From Eledone cirrhosa (taxonomy: Eukaryota), in assembly GCA_964016885.1 (NCBI GenBank), contig OZ024740.1, positions 26,536,001 to 26,600,000 of the forward strand: a stretch of 64,000 nucleotides of DNA, given 5' to 3'. The notes under the pieces are model-generated. The model saw only the letters and a list, made by a program, of their open reading frames with translations, searched no databases and was not told the DNA's origin. The translations under genes and the position numbers were made by a program. Of the stretch, positions 27,821 through 40,436 are shown piece by piece (position 1 is the first letter of the stretch; the number at the start of each line of letters is the position of its first letter).

Positions 27821-28459
27821 GTATATATATATGTATATATATATGTATATATATATGTATATATATATATAATTCCGTCCCACCTAGTAAACTTTTCTAT
27901 AGTCTAGCAGTACCAGTGAGAGACTTGATGGCTGTCGTTAGGGAATAGGAACCAGAAATTGTTGTTGTTGTTTTTTTATTTAAATGTTTTTTTAACATTC
28001 TCGGTATTCTTCTATATATTTACCCCATATTGTTTTACTTATTGTTTCGACTTCCTCCCCCTCCCTCTCCCTAGTATACTTCCTTGACCTCCTGCCCTGC
28101 TGTAGTTGGCACTATCAACGCACGACTGGGTTTCCTCCACCCCCTTTCCCTCTTTCTTCTACTGGCAGATTCAGCTACCCCTTCCCTCCACAAAGTGCCA
28201 TGATAGAATTATGTGTCTCAACAACAAACTTTTGACCAATCCTTGTGACAATCACTTTTACCATATATGGAATTACGCCCTGAGAAGCTCGTCTATTCAT
28301 ATACCAGAATAAAATGTTCATTTAGTACAGAATTAGCCGTCGAAACGGCTTGAGCTCAGCCGTCGGGGGTCCTACTCGTTCCTATTACCCACTCTACTAC
28401 CCCAATTATTGAGTACTTTGGTGCGTTATGGTCCACCTGGTTCCTTACCACATTTCCTT

Positions 28460-28503
<44 letters not shown>

Positions 28504-28504
28504 G

Positions 28505-28704
28505 TAGGTCCCGGTTTGAGTCGGGGATAACCACAGTAAGTAAGGTACTCAATACATGGCAGAGTAAACATTTTTTTATTTTATAGAAGGAGCTTCTACA
28601 GGACTAGTACTGTTTCATTCAGATGAAATCTTCAGGAGCTTCCTGAAGATTTCATCTGAATGAAACAGTACTAGTCCTCTAGAAGCTCCTTCTATAAAAT
28701 AAAA
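28505..28704 (-). repeat. Short repeat family B, near-perfect ~64-bp inverted arms (decayed third copy ~61545-61635)
   Basis: TTTTATTTTATAGAAGGAGCTTCTACAGGACTAGTACTGTTTCATTCAGATGAAATCTTCAGGA-gct-reverse complement. CTGAAGA..GAAA cores lie on both strands. Confidence 0.8.
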
Positions 28705-28708
28705 ATAA

Positions 28709-28800
<92 letters not shown>

Positions 28801-28989
28801 ATATATATATGTATCTATATTATATATATATATATATACATATGGATAGTTATAAATGTATGTCATTATTTGCAGTATCGGTCGAGGTTTGGACGTCATG
28901 CTTTGCAGCAAAAGAGTTACGCGCCTTTTATGGTCTGAGTTCAAATCCCGCCGAGGTTAACTTTACCTCTATATCTATATATATATATA

Positions 28990-29705
28990 TTACTCTTTTA
29001 CTCTTTTACCTGCTCCAGTCATCCGGCTGAGGCCATGCTGTGTCACCACAGTTGCTGCTACACATGTTATCTCCAGCCTGTATTTGTTGTCCACTGGTGC
29101 AAGAGGGAGTTCATTGCTGCTGCCCTTAGATTTTCATCGTGCCTTACTGTGGGCTCATCCGTGATCCTGGATAGCAAGATGTCGAGATGTTTCTTGGAAA
29201 CTTCCACATCCGCACCATGCAGATCTCTCAGATACTTCGGGAGCTTCTTGAAGTGTTGAGGGCCCTTGAACCCCATGCTATTGCAATATCTGCTCCTTAT
29301 TCTAGATGTGGACGACGGGACCTTTGGCACTATATAGTGACGTCCTGTTCAGGGGTTGGTACAGCTCCCAAAACCAACGTTTGGTGCTACTCCTTCCAGG
29401 GTTTTCCACATGTATATCACTGCGTATATCTCCCATCTTCGTTCCAAGGTGTAGAGGTTCACTTCTTTTAGCCTCTCCCAGTAGCTGATCTCCTTCATCG
29501 TCGCAATCCCTTGTTGTAGCTTCGCTGGATTGCCTGAAGCCCCGTGATTAGTTTGACACTATGGGGTGACCACACCTGGGAGCAATAGTCCAGGCGGCTT
29601 AGAACAAATGTCTTCCATAGTGTCAACACGGTATCTCGGTCTCTTGTCCGGAAAGTCCTCAAGCTCCAGCCAGTGAGTCGCAAGCACATTGTCGCCACTT
29701 TCATG
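28990..29705 (-). mobile_element. 5'-truncated CR1/L2-group LINE 3' end
   Basis: GWSLRTFRTRDRDTVLTLWKTFVLSRLDYCSQVWSP and GFKGPQHFKKLPKYLR..LDILLSRITDEP, with a tandem 3' tail (GTAAAAGA)n at ~28990-29010. Confidence 0.8.
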
Positions 29706-30330
29706 ATGTATTAGGAAAAAGATGCATCGTCGCTCATATCTATTCCCAGGTCCTTTGCCGAGAATTCTAGAAGCTGGATTATTATAGAATTCCAGTAATA
29801 ATCTGGAGCTGATTACACAGACTAATTGCCGGTCCAGCAAAAATATATATATATAAATAAATAATTATATAGACAGAGTGAGATTTAGGTTTACATATCA
29901 ATATATACATACGAATATTACGTCCGATAAATAGACGGAAAGGAACGTGACAGTGTGTAGAAATATGGTAACCCATTTGTAATAGACTACTTTAAAAATA
30001 TATTCATCGCCTTTAAATGAAATAGTACAAACAGCAGAACAGGTAGGCTTGGTTTTTATATGAATTACATATAAACGACTGATAACGTGGAAAGGAAATA
30101 TGAAGTATATATCATTAGAAGAGAGTTTTGATAGATACACCCAAGAAAAGAACGAAAAGAGTAATATGTATTGAAATATCAGTTATTGAAATACATACAT
30201 TTAAATTGGCTTGTGAATAACCGTATATATACATAAACATTTATATATATATGTGTGTGTGTGTGTGTGCTTGTGTGGGTGTGTACAGGTGGGTGGGAGC
30301 ATGGCGCAACTACTACTGATACATAACCAT

Positions 30331-30386
<56 letters not shown>

Positions 30387-30419
30387 GAAAATTGTAAACT
30401 TGACTGTCACCACACAATG

Positions 30420-30458
30420 TGAACCTGAAGATTGCGAAAGCATGTAAGTACTTGTTCA
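30420..30458 (+). ncRNA. Degenerate HHR (GAAA mutated to GTAA)
   Basis: TGAAC-CTGAAGA-T-TGC(gaaa)GCA-T-GTAA-GTAC-TT-GTTCA. Stem I and stem II are intact and stem III is the palindrome AGTACT. Confidence 0.6.
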
Positions 30459-30767
30459 ATTAACACTTAACATTTAATATTCTACCATACTATTTCATTC
30501 TAATATCATTATACATTTTATAGGATTGTAAATAAAACGAGTAAATCAGACAAAGTTGGAATTCCTTTTATTAATATATATTGAATTGGCAGTATCAGAA
30601 GAGGTTCGGACGCTATGCTTTGACGCATAGATTTACGGCCCTTACCATTCTGAGTTCGAATCCCGCCGAGGTTAACTTTGCCTTTCATCCTTACGGGGTC
30701 GACAAAATAAAGTACCAGTAATGTACTGGGTAAATTTTGACATTGTGCCAAAAAGTAGAAACAATTA

Positions 30768-30814
<47 letters not shown>

Positions 30815-30862
30815 CATAAACACAGACACAGACACACACGCAGACACACACACATACACACG

Positions 30863-30910
<48 letters not shown>

Positions 30911-31327
30911 GGTATTAACATATGCTTATGCCGTATTTGACTAAATAGAAATAGTATGTTATTCCCGTATTTAAAGAAACTCTCTGAATGGAAAAAAAGA
31001 AGGATGAGTATTGACGTACATGGGTCACGAAGAACCCACATCTTTGGTTTGCTGGACCAATGTGTTGCCGTTGTAATGGTAACACATCGGCAAACCAAAT
31101 ATGTGGGTTGGTGTCCCATGTACGTCAATACTCAGCCTTTTTTTCCATTCAGAGGGGTTTTTAAATTCCCAACTAACTGACTAATTTTAATTAGTCAAAA
31201 ACGGTGCAAGCACATGTTACTACCTAATTTTCAAATTCGTTAGCCGTTACTAAACAAAGCCTGCTTTCTGTCAGCCTATATGTACGCGCGTCCGTACGGT
31301 TGTCCTTCCCGTTCCCTATAGCCATGT

Positions 31328-31376
31328 CCATACGAGCTGAGGATCCGCTAAGGTGAAACAATTGTCCTCAGTATGG
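31328..31376 (+). ncRNA. Type I hammerhead ribozyme
   Basis: CCATAC-GAG-CTGAGGA-T-CC(gctaa)GG-T-GAAA-CAATTG-TC-CTC-a-GTATGG, with palindromic stem III ACAATTGT and a GUC site. Confidence 0.78.
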
Positions 31377-31412
31377 TGAACTGACTGTTGTGTAACCACT
31401 TCTCTCTCTCTC

Positions 31413-31521
<109 letters not shown>

Positions 31522-31699
31522 TATATAAGTATTTTTAATCTATAATATTCATTACACTTGACTACATCTTATACATCTTTAAAACGCTTCTGTTGTTTAG
31601 TGAGGTTTTTTTTTAAATAATAAAAAGAAAATTTTTAAATAATCTTTTTCTTCTTAAATTTAGTATTTTTACCAATTCATATTCTTTTCCTAATGATAC

Positions 31700-32870
31700 T
31701 CTTCCTAATCTATTTTTTAGATTGATATTCTGAATGATATCCTCTTTACGATAATTATTCTAAATGCACACTCGACTTATCTAATAATACATTTTTCCTC
31801 ACTTAAACCTTTAAACTTTTCACGCATCTTTCGACGGAGATAATATCCAAATACACATATAATTGAAATTCTCATCCTTGAAAACATGTAATATAAAATA
31901 CCTTATAATCTCACACGAAATAATAAATAATTTTCTCTACATACTTTCCGCATTTTCTAAGAAAATTATTCATCAAATCTAATATTAATAGTTTAACAAA
32001 TAATATTGGAGTCATATTTTCCTTTACAATTGAGCAAACATAGACATAATAACTTGTATGTTAAATGATATCTAATTTCGCTAAATTAATAATGTTCTGT
32101 AAATATTTACAATTGTTGATGAAACTATTTGAATCTACAAATTGTACTTCTCTTAAAAATTTGAACTACGTCTTTTCTTAAAATGTAAAATCAACATCCT
32201 TCGTAACTCATATTAGAAATGTAAACAAATTAATACGTGTGTTTTATATCTATATAATCACCAATAATATTTATATTTATACACTTATTAACCTATATAG
32301 ATATTTATATACTTACAACCTGTTGCAATATAATAAGATAAAATGTACTTACAACCCTAATTCTTCATATAATCTAATTGTAATGATTATATATATAATA
32401 TTATAACTCATGATTTAGCTAAATATTTTTTAAACTCTTGAATCATATTCCACCACTCCAACAAACTATTAATTCTTAACATTTCAATCTTTTTAGATTC
32501 ACGTACATTGTAGTAATATAAATACAAGTTTTTCTTTCTTTCTCTTTCTTCTTCCTACACATTCATATATATATCCTAACAATTATTTAAAACTACCTAG
32601 CGTCTAACAAATAATGTTTTTTCAGCACTACGCCTCAACCTCATTTGTATATTCATCAAAATAATTTGAAATATTTGTTTCTTCCCTCTTCCCCTATTTT
32701 TCCCTTTTTCCTTTCACTATCCAGGTGAAACTTGAACTGTTAAGGTCTCATTCCTGGATATGTCAATGTTTATAAAACAAACTTTGTATTTTATCTGATG
32801 AGAGTGTACCAAACCTTTGGTACCCTTTAAATATATATAATAGAATAAATATGGTTTTATAAATATAGTT
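31700..32870 (+). mobile_element. Possible very decayed AT-rich PLE remnant
   Basis: A remnant TLDLSNNTFFPHL resembles the PLE RT segment TLNLLNGLYYPYRKP of the 23-kb element. A CTGATGA plus hairpin remnant lies at ~32795-32826. No open frame remains. Confidence 0.3.
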
Positions 32871-32957
32871 TCCATTTATCAATATCATTGATATACCTGT
32901 GTATTTGCTGGCATGGGCGTGCATCTGTGCGCTTATGTTAGTTGATATATTAAATTA

Positions 32958-33004
<47 letters not shown>

Positions 33005-33412
33005 CAGTCTGGTTCAAACTGAATTGGTCTGTCCCAGTCATTCATTGAGCAACATCGGTGAAGTTGGCACCCTTAACTCACAGTTGGGTGCGGATGCACT
33101 CATGTATATATGTGTGTGTCCGCGTGTATCTGTGTGTTTCTAAATATATTAATAACTCCCTCTGGTCGAGCAATCTTTGAAGTGTGGGGACAACTGGAAA
33201 GCTTCCATTACTCATACTTCTCGCCTTCTTCACTACCTCTTCTGCGGCCTCGATATGAATACCCCCTCCGCCTCCGTGGTATTTTCTTCGTGGTTATAAG
33301 AGGCTTAGCTCTGTTTCTCGACCGTTATATCGCGTGACTATCTCCCCCTCCGCCTTTTGGGATTCTTTCTCACGCCGTGTAGACGCGTTCTTGAGACTAG
33401 TAAAATGAGGTA

Positions 33413-33500
33413 TCCTCTTGATAAGTTGGCAGACCTCGCAAGGACTCTATATCTTTGATATATTGTTTTTGTTTATGCCACGAAACTACGTAGTCGAGGA
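33413..33500 (+). ncRNA. Variant type I HHR with U3-A8 core and long stem II insertion
   Basis: TCCTC-TTGATAA-GTTGGCA..TGCCAC-GAAA-CTACGTAG-TC-GAGGA. Confidence 0.65.
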
Positions 33501-33569
33501 ATTTAGGAACAGTTTAGGTATGATACATTTTATTACTAATTATATCTAAATGTTTCTTCTCTCTTCATA

Positions 33570-33601
<32 letters not shown>

Positions 33602-33889
33602 GCTCTGTATGCTCAGCTCCTGATTATTACTGGAATTCTATAAGAATCCAGCTTCTATAATTTTCGGCGGAAGCAGGGGAGCACGCAGCTCTGTTGAACG
33701 CCAACCAGCCTGAAACAGAGTGTCAGTTTCTCTCCCTTCTTTCACCGAAAAGAGGTAAGTGACATAGTCACTACTTTAAAACAGATAAGCTATGGTCTTC
33801 AAAATGTTTTTAATTAAACATACGGTATATTGTCAAATATACTATACATACATTCATGTATACATCGCTATTTCAGACCACCATTCCTA

Positions 33890-33960
<71 letters not shown>

Positions 33961-34502
33961 GTATGTGTGTGTACATATATATATATATATGTGTGTGTGT
34001 ATGCATGTGCATAACTGAACTACTACTGCTAAACCATTATCCTCAACAACAATAGTATGAATAAGTATTCTCACATCAGTTTAATACCAAATTCCATAAA
34101 ACCAAGGTGTTACTGATCAGATGTGCAATCACACCCAATCACTCAGTTTTTTCATTATCACCTGAATTTCAATCATAGAAAAATCAAGAGGAATTAAATC
34201 GATGGATTTTTAAATATTTCCTTTATAACTAATAACAGTAAACACATACACAGGCACACTCACATACACAGATACACTCACCTACACGTATACACACACA
34301 CATATATATATATATATATTTATTTATATTGATATATATATTTATATATATATATTTATATTGTGTATCTTATATATACCCATACATATATGTGTATATA
34401 TATATATATACATGGAGGGTAGGGGGGATGGAGAGAGGGGATGAGATATAGAGAGAGGAAGCGAGAGAAAGAAAGAGAGAGAGAAAAGAGAGAGAGAGAA
34501 AA

Positions 34503-34538
<36 letters not shown>

Positions 34539-34924
34539 AAATATAGGGAGAGATATATATAGAGAGAGAGTTAGTTAGTGGGAGGGAGAGTGAATGGGAG
34601 GGGGAATGTGCAGGTAGTTTCTAGTATGTCTACCATAAACCTGTGTGAAATCTAACAACATTTGAGTAAGTCACACATTTTATTGACTTTGAACATTTAC
34701 TTTGACTTTTAACTTTCCATAAAACACTCTTTAAAAATGATGTTAACACATTTAACAGGATTTCTTTAATTTATGGTGAAGTAAGTGAATATACTTAAAG
34801 ACACATCTACATATAATATTCATGTTGTTATATGTTATACACTTCTAATGCATAGGATACGCATCATAAATCTGATTTCGCGGATATGCATCGTATATTA
34901 ACATATCTATCTCTCTATCCATCC

Positions 34925-34956
<32 letters not shown>
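34925..34956. repeat. (ATCT)n microsatellite at the 5' border of the Tx1 array
   Basis: ATCTATCTATCT run lies immediately before element 1. Confidence 0.95.
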
Positions 34957-34957
<1 letters not shown>

Positions 34958-35158
34958 GATAGAGTAAGACACGCTTCGCATCGGCTCCGCTATTCCATCG
35001 GGATTTACCCTTACTATTGTAAGTACCGGATAAATTTTTTAGTGCAACACATTTGGAACACTAACCCCTGTTATTTAGGGAAACATTTTTGCATTTACCC
35101 CCTTTTTAGGGGGTAAAATACATATCTATTTTTGCCGAAAAATTTCTTTCTTGGCAGC

Positions 35159-36958
35159 ATGGCGGAAAAGATGGCAGACATGTCTGCCATTAGCTCTGCC
35201 ACGCCCCCCAAGTCTGAAGAACAAAAAATAATTACAACAAAATTAGACATTGAAACAAACAAACAAAATGAAAAAACAAATGTTAAGGAAAATGAGCAAA
35301 CAGAAAACAAACAAACAGAAAATAATACAAATAACGACAGGGCAACTTTCGCCCAGAAAACAAAGCAATCCATTACATACACACCAATTGACCTAACTGC
35401 CGCCAGAGAAAAACTGGCCGAAGCAAAGAAACATATTGTTTTGGGGGAGAACGGAATGTTTTCCATTAACTCCCCCCCAGAATTCAAGAAAGCCAGAGCA
35501 GAAAACACAGTTATATACAGAACTATACTAAACCAGTCAAGAAAGCCAGCACAGCCCAGCCAAATGGAAATAGAGTTAGTCCTAAAAGACTATATGAAGA
35601 ATATTCTCTTCATACGAAAGGACCGACTCTATGGCAGCATTTCGGTCCTAACAAGAGACAAAGAAACGGCGGTTCAGCTTTCCCTAAGCCCACTCTCGTC
35701 GACAACATATAGCTTCTATCCCTCCTACATGGGTAGAAGAACACAGAGAATAAAAGTAAAAACAATGCTGCCCACAATGGACTTCTGGTGGGCTATTGCT
35801 GGCTTCATTGATATGGGCGAAGACACTATGCTGTCAATGGGGAAGGCAACTGGAGATGCGTTCCTGGGAATGGGCCTCGACATACTAGTCCAAATGAGGC
35901 CCGAAAGAATAGCACAAATCCCGGATCGCATCTGGCTGGATGACCTTACCCCAATAGACATAATTCTAGAGGGGAGAAGACCAGCATGCTATTTATGCAT
36001 GGAAAGGGGACACGTTAAGGCTAACTGCCCGAAACGTATCCCCCAAAAAGGACTATTGCCCACACCCACCACAAACAGTACACCAGCACCACCCACCTCC
36101 AAAAATACACTAATACCACACACAGCAAACAAAATACAGACACCACCAACCACAAACACAACACAAACATCACCACCACCAGCACCAAACACAAGCACGA
36201 CACAAAAATCACCACCACCAACCACAACACAAACATCACCACCACCATTACCAACCACAAGCACGACACAAACATTACCACCACCACCACCACAAAACCC
36301 ATTCCAAACAAATAATAAAAAAAACAGTAACAAATCTACCCCTCCCGCAAAAAAAAACAACCACACAACACGTCCCTCCCACCTAGCGCTGAAGAGTTTC
36401 CCCCAACTTCTGAAGAAGAAGGAGGAGAAGCCTTCAGACAAGTTAAAAGAAAAAAAAGAAAACACACACCCAGCACACCACAAATAACCCACACACAAAC
36501 ACCAACTCCAATCAAAAACACCCCACCCTCAACAAACAAAAATAAATCTGCGCCTCCCCTCTCCGAAACATTGACAGCATCACAAAAAAAGACGTTGCAA
36601 TACACATACATAAATAAAGAAAACAAAAAACTGGTTAAATTAATAAACAATAACCCTATGGTGCAGACCGAAGGGCCAAACTTTATCTCAACAGAGAACT
36701 TCACCCATTTAAAAATGATAAAGGTCCCTCTGGACCTTTATCGTTCCTTAAAAGAACAATTTAGACGGGACGTGAGCCCCCCCTGTTTAAAACCGTTGAA
36801 TCGCGTCCTCTTGAAAGATTTCCCCATAACCGCCCCTCTCCCTGACACAACTCCAAATACCCCAACCCCACCACACACGTGTACCCCCACACCACCACAA
36901 AACATCCCTCCACCCAACACACCTGATGCCATGGAAATTACGCAACCCGGAGAGGTAA
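35159..36958 (+). pseudogene. Copy 1 ORF1 (gag-like, CCHC zinc knuckle), frameshifted
   Basis: CYLCMERGHVKANC. The homologous C-terminal block continues in another frame (ORF 36571..36993). Confidence 0.85.
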
Positions 36959-36989
36959 GTGCTTTTCTTTCTTCACTTTCAACACCAAA

Positions 36990-39900
36990 ATAGATCAATT
37001 GAGAGTTGGCTGTTTGAACGCGCGTGGCCTGAGCTCAGCTTGGAAGCAAGCAAAGCTTCTAAGTGACCTCAGGTCACAAAGTATAGATGTGATGGTTGTT
37101 TGCGAGAGTCGGATCAGCAGCGTGAGACAGCTGGCGCCCGCCTTCGATGACTTTGAGATGCACGCATCTCTCTGTCAACCCGGAGGCGGGGGGGGGGGGG
37201 GGGGAGTTGCCGTACTGCTGGATAAACGTCTGACTCTCGACGTACAGATTGTTCACTCGGACCCGGGGGGTCAATTACTGGTGCTGGACGTCGGAGGTGG
37301 TGAAGGCGGGGCTTTCAGACTGGTCGGTCTTTATGCTCCCTTCGGGGCGGAGAGAGCCGACTTCTTCCAACGTCTGGAGACTTTTCTAGGAACGTCGCGT
37401 TCCCTGCTTTTAGTGGGGGACTGGAATGGAATCCTAGATGCGCGTTGGGACTATGCAGGGGCATGTCCCGATAGAGGGGGGTGTAGCAGCCTCAAGGGGT
37501 TACTCGATCGATTCGACCTGGTCGATAGATTTCGACTAGATTGTCCAACTGCGCCAACCTGGACCTGGGCAAACCGCAGTGGACAATCTAGATCGTACCT
37601 AGATAGGTTTTTGGTTAGGAGTAAGGATAGGGACGTATTTAGTTGTCCAAAACTGATCATGGTTGGCTATTCAGATCACAAATTAGTGACCTGCGTGGTC
37701 AACCTTGATAGAACGCATAGACAGGGTCCCGGTTACTGGAAGATGAACTTGTCCTTACCGACAAAGAAAGATTACAGAAACCGGATTAGTAGCTTAGTTA
37801 AGATGCGGTTGACGGGAGCGATCGTCAACAGTAGGTGGTGGATATCTCTAAAGAGAGAGATTAGAGTAAGTTCGATAGGTTACAGTAAGGAACTAGCGGC
37901 GAATAGAAATAGGAGGGAAAGGGAATTAACAGATAAACTAGAAGAGGCGATTAGGAGCGGAGACGTAGCCAGAGTGTTAGCGACGAGAACGGCATTGAGC
38001 CAGTTCTTTGACGCGAAGCACGAAGGCTGCGTTGTCCGAAGTAAAATACGTGCTTTAGGAAACGAGGGGACCAAAGCTGTTAGCTGGGCCCGCGTGACAG
38101 AAGCCAAGAGTGGGATTAAATCCACCATTCGGTCTTTGCGAGACCAGGATGGACGGGTGATCCTTGAACCTGAGCGAATGTGCGAGACCTTTCAAAGGCA
38201 CTTTGCTCGACTGTTCGGAGGTGGCGGGGGGCCGGACGGGGATGTGGACTTCGGTCCATACCTCGACGGTCTACCGCGTCTTTCGAGCGGCGAAGCGGAG
38301 TGCTGCGAAGGGCCAATCACAGCCACTGAAATCGGGGAAGCGCTCAACCAATGCAGCAGACGCAAATCCCCGGGTCTCGATGGTCTACCATACGAACTTT
38401 ATTTAGCTATGCCGGTCTTGTTCTCCGAACTCCTCGAGGCTGTCTATTGCAACTAGCAACAGAACGGGAGAATTCCCTGTTCTGTGACCAAGGGCGTGGT
38501 CACGCTAGTGAGGAAGGACGAGAGCAGGGGGGACGACTTAAGTAACTTTAGGCCCATAACTCTGCTGAATGCAGAGTTACAGATTTTGGCCAAGGTGTTG
38601 GCGAAGAGGTTGGCGCTTGTGATGGGTGGTTTGGTGGGAGACGCGCAGACATGCGCTATCCCGTCCAGGTCCATTCACGACAACCTCCACCTCATGCGAT
38701 ACATCATAGAGAGGGTTGGCTACGAACCCGGCTTTGGTGGGGCCCTGATCAACTTGGATCAATCTAAGGCGTTCGATAGGGTCGACCATGGTTACCTGGA
38801 TGCGGTGCTAGCGGCGGCGGGCTTCGGACCCGTTTTCAGGGGCTGGATTTCTGCCATGCACAGTGGCAACATCTACTCTAGGATTAAAGTAAACGGCTAC
38901 CTCTCGGAGCCGTTTCAAATCACCCGATCCATCAGACAGGGGTGCCCCCTCTCCTCCCTTCTGTACGTATTGACTCTCGAGCCACTGCTGCGGAAGTTGG
39001 AGTTGCTGCGGGGCATACCCCTGGAACCGGGATTGCACAAAGCGGTCTCGGCCTATGCCGACGACGTAACAGTAATGGTGGCGGACGCCTCGGAAATCGG
39101 GGCGATCGCCACCCTACTGGAGGAATACGAAAGGCTGACGGGGGCTAAGCTGAACCGGGACAAGTCAGTCGGTTTGCAACTCGGAACGTGGAGGGGCAAA
39201 CCGATGCCGTTAGACGGTGTCGTCGGGCGGTGGACGGAGGGCCCGGTGAAGCTGCTCGGGGTCTGGTTCGGACCGGACCTCCAGGTGGAGAAGAATTGGG
39301 GCGAGGTGACGAGCAGGGTGTTTGCGCTGACCCAGAAGTGGGCCAAGTGCAAACTATCACTGAAAGGTCGGGCGGAGGTGACGAACGCTTACATAGCGTC
39401 CGTCATCTACTACCGCCTGACCGTCGTGCCTTGCCCCAAGGAAAAGCTCACCATCATGGAACGCATGCTCTTCCAGTTCCTCTGGAAGAAGCGGCCTCCC
39501 ATGGTGAGGAGATCCATCTGCTGCCAGCACCCTTCGAAAGGAGGGCTGGGTATGCCGTGGCTGTTGATGCGTAGGCACGCATTGAGGCTACGGCATCTAC
39601 AGGTATTCCTCAACGGTCAGCCGGTGTGGGCCCCGTTTGTGAGGCGAGCCTTCCCACAGCTCGTCTCGCTCACCGAACTGCAATCCTGGGTGAAGCAAAG
39701 ACCGAGAAAACTGGGCAACTGGCACACTGAGTGTGCCCAGGCGCTCACGGCTATCTGGCAAGCGGACCCGACTGTCAGTGGAGAATCCACCTCGACATTC
39801 TATAGAGGGTTGGTGGCTAGCAGGGGCGACGACACCCTTGGAGAGTCGCTAGGCATGGAGGAGGACGAACTGGCCAGCCTGTTCGGTAGAACTTTCGGCC

Positions 39901-40436
39901 CGGGACCCATGGACAACTTCCAGAGGTCCCTAGCCTGGCAGTGTTACCGGGGGGCTCTGCCCGTTCGAGAAAAGCTCTACAGACACGGGCGCCCGGGCAG
40001 GGATCCCGCGAAAAAGATCTGTCCCAGATGCGTGCGCGACGAGGAAACCGTTGCGCATGCACTGGTACACTGCCCGGGCGTTGCCGATCTGTGGGGCTAC
40101 GTCGAACGACTGCTGTCGCGTGTGGCGCCGATTCGATTAACCGCCGAGTCTGTGGTGAACATCAAGCCGCCTCCTCCCTTCAGAAATGAAGCAGAGGCGG
40201 TCTTTCTGTGCGTAATAGCCATGATGAAAGAGGTTGTGTGGTGGACGCGCCTGAAAGGTATGAGGTCGGGTGACTTTCTCTCCGGCCATCACCTGGTTTA
40301 CTTCTTCCGATACCACTTCGGAAGAAGAATCAGGATGGAGAGAGAAGTGCTTGGTCCCAGACAGTTTTATGAAAGGTGGGTGAAAGAAGCGAGAATGGCC
40401 CGTGTAAATGGGCCTTCTCTCTACATTGTTCTGTAG
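36990..40436 (+). pseudogene. Copy 1 ORF2 (APE endonuclease, RT, C-terminal zinc finger); start codon ATA and one in-frame stop
   Basis: GCLNARGL, GDWN, SYLDRF, SDHK; FRPITLLN, DQSKAFDRV, RQGCPLS, YADD; CPRC..ETVAHALVHC. TAG at 38454 where other copies have TGG. ATA at 36990 aligns with the ATG of other copies. Confidence 0.92.

Noticed and set aside
29758-29825. Shared ~65-bp sequence with 33603-33665 in opposite orientation as TIRs of a 4-kb element
   Set aside because: The match is short, with no TSD or transposase. It is more simply two fragments of a dispersed repeat.
36955-36993. 39-nt GT..AG mini-intron fusing ORF1 to ORF2 in copy 1
   Set aside because: Splicing gives GAG ATC AAT TGA (stop, not the ORF2 frame). 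The AG is not conserved in other copies and arises from the ATG-to-ATA change.
38454-38456. Programmed stop read-through or frameshifting in ORF2
   Set aside because: Lesions are at different positions in each copy, so they are decay or sequencing errors and not a conserved recoding site.
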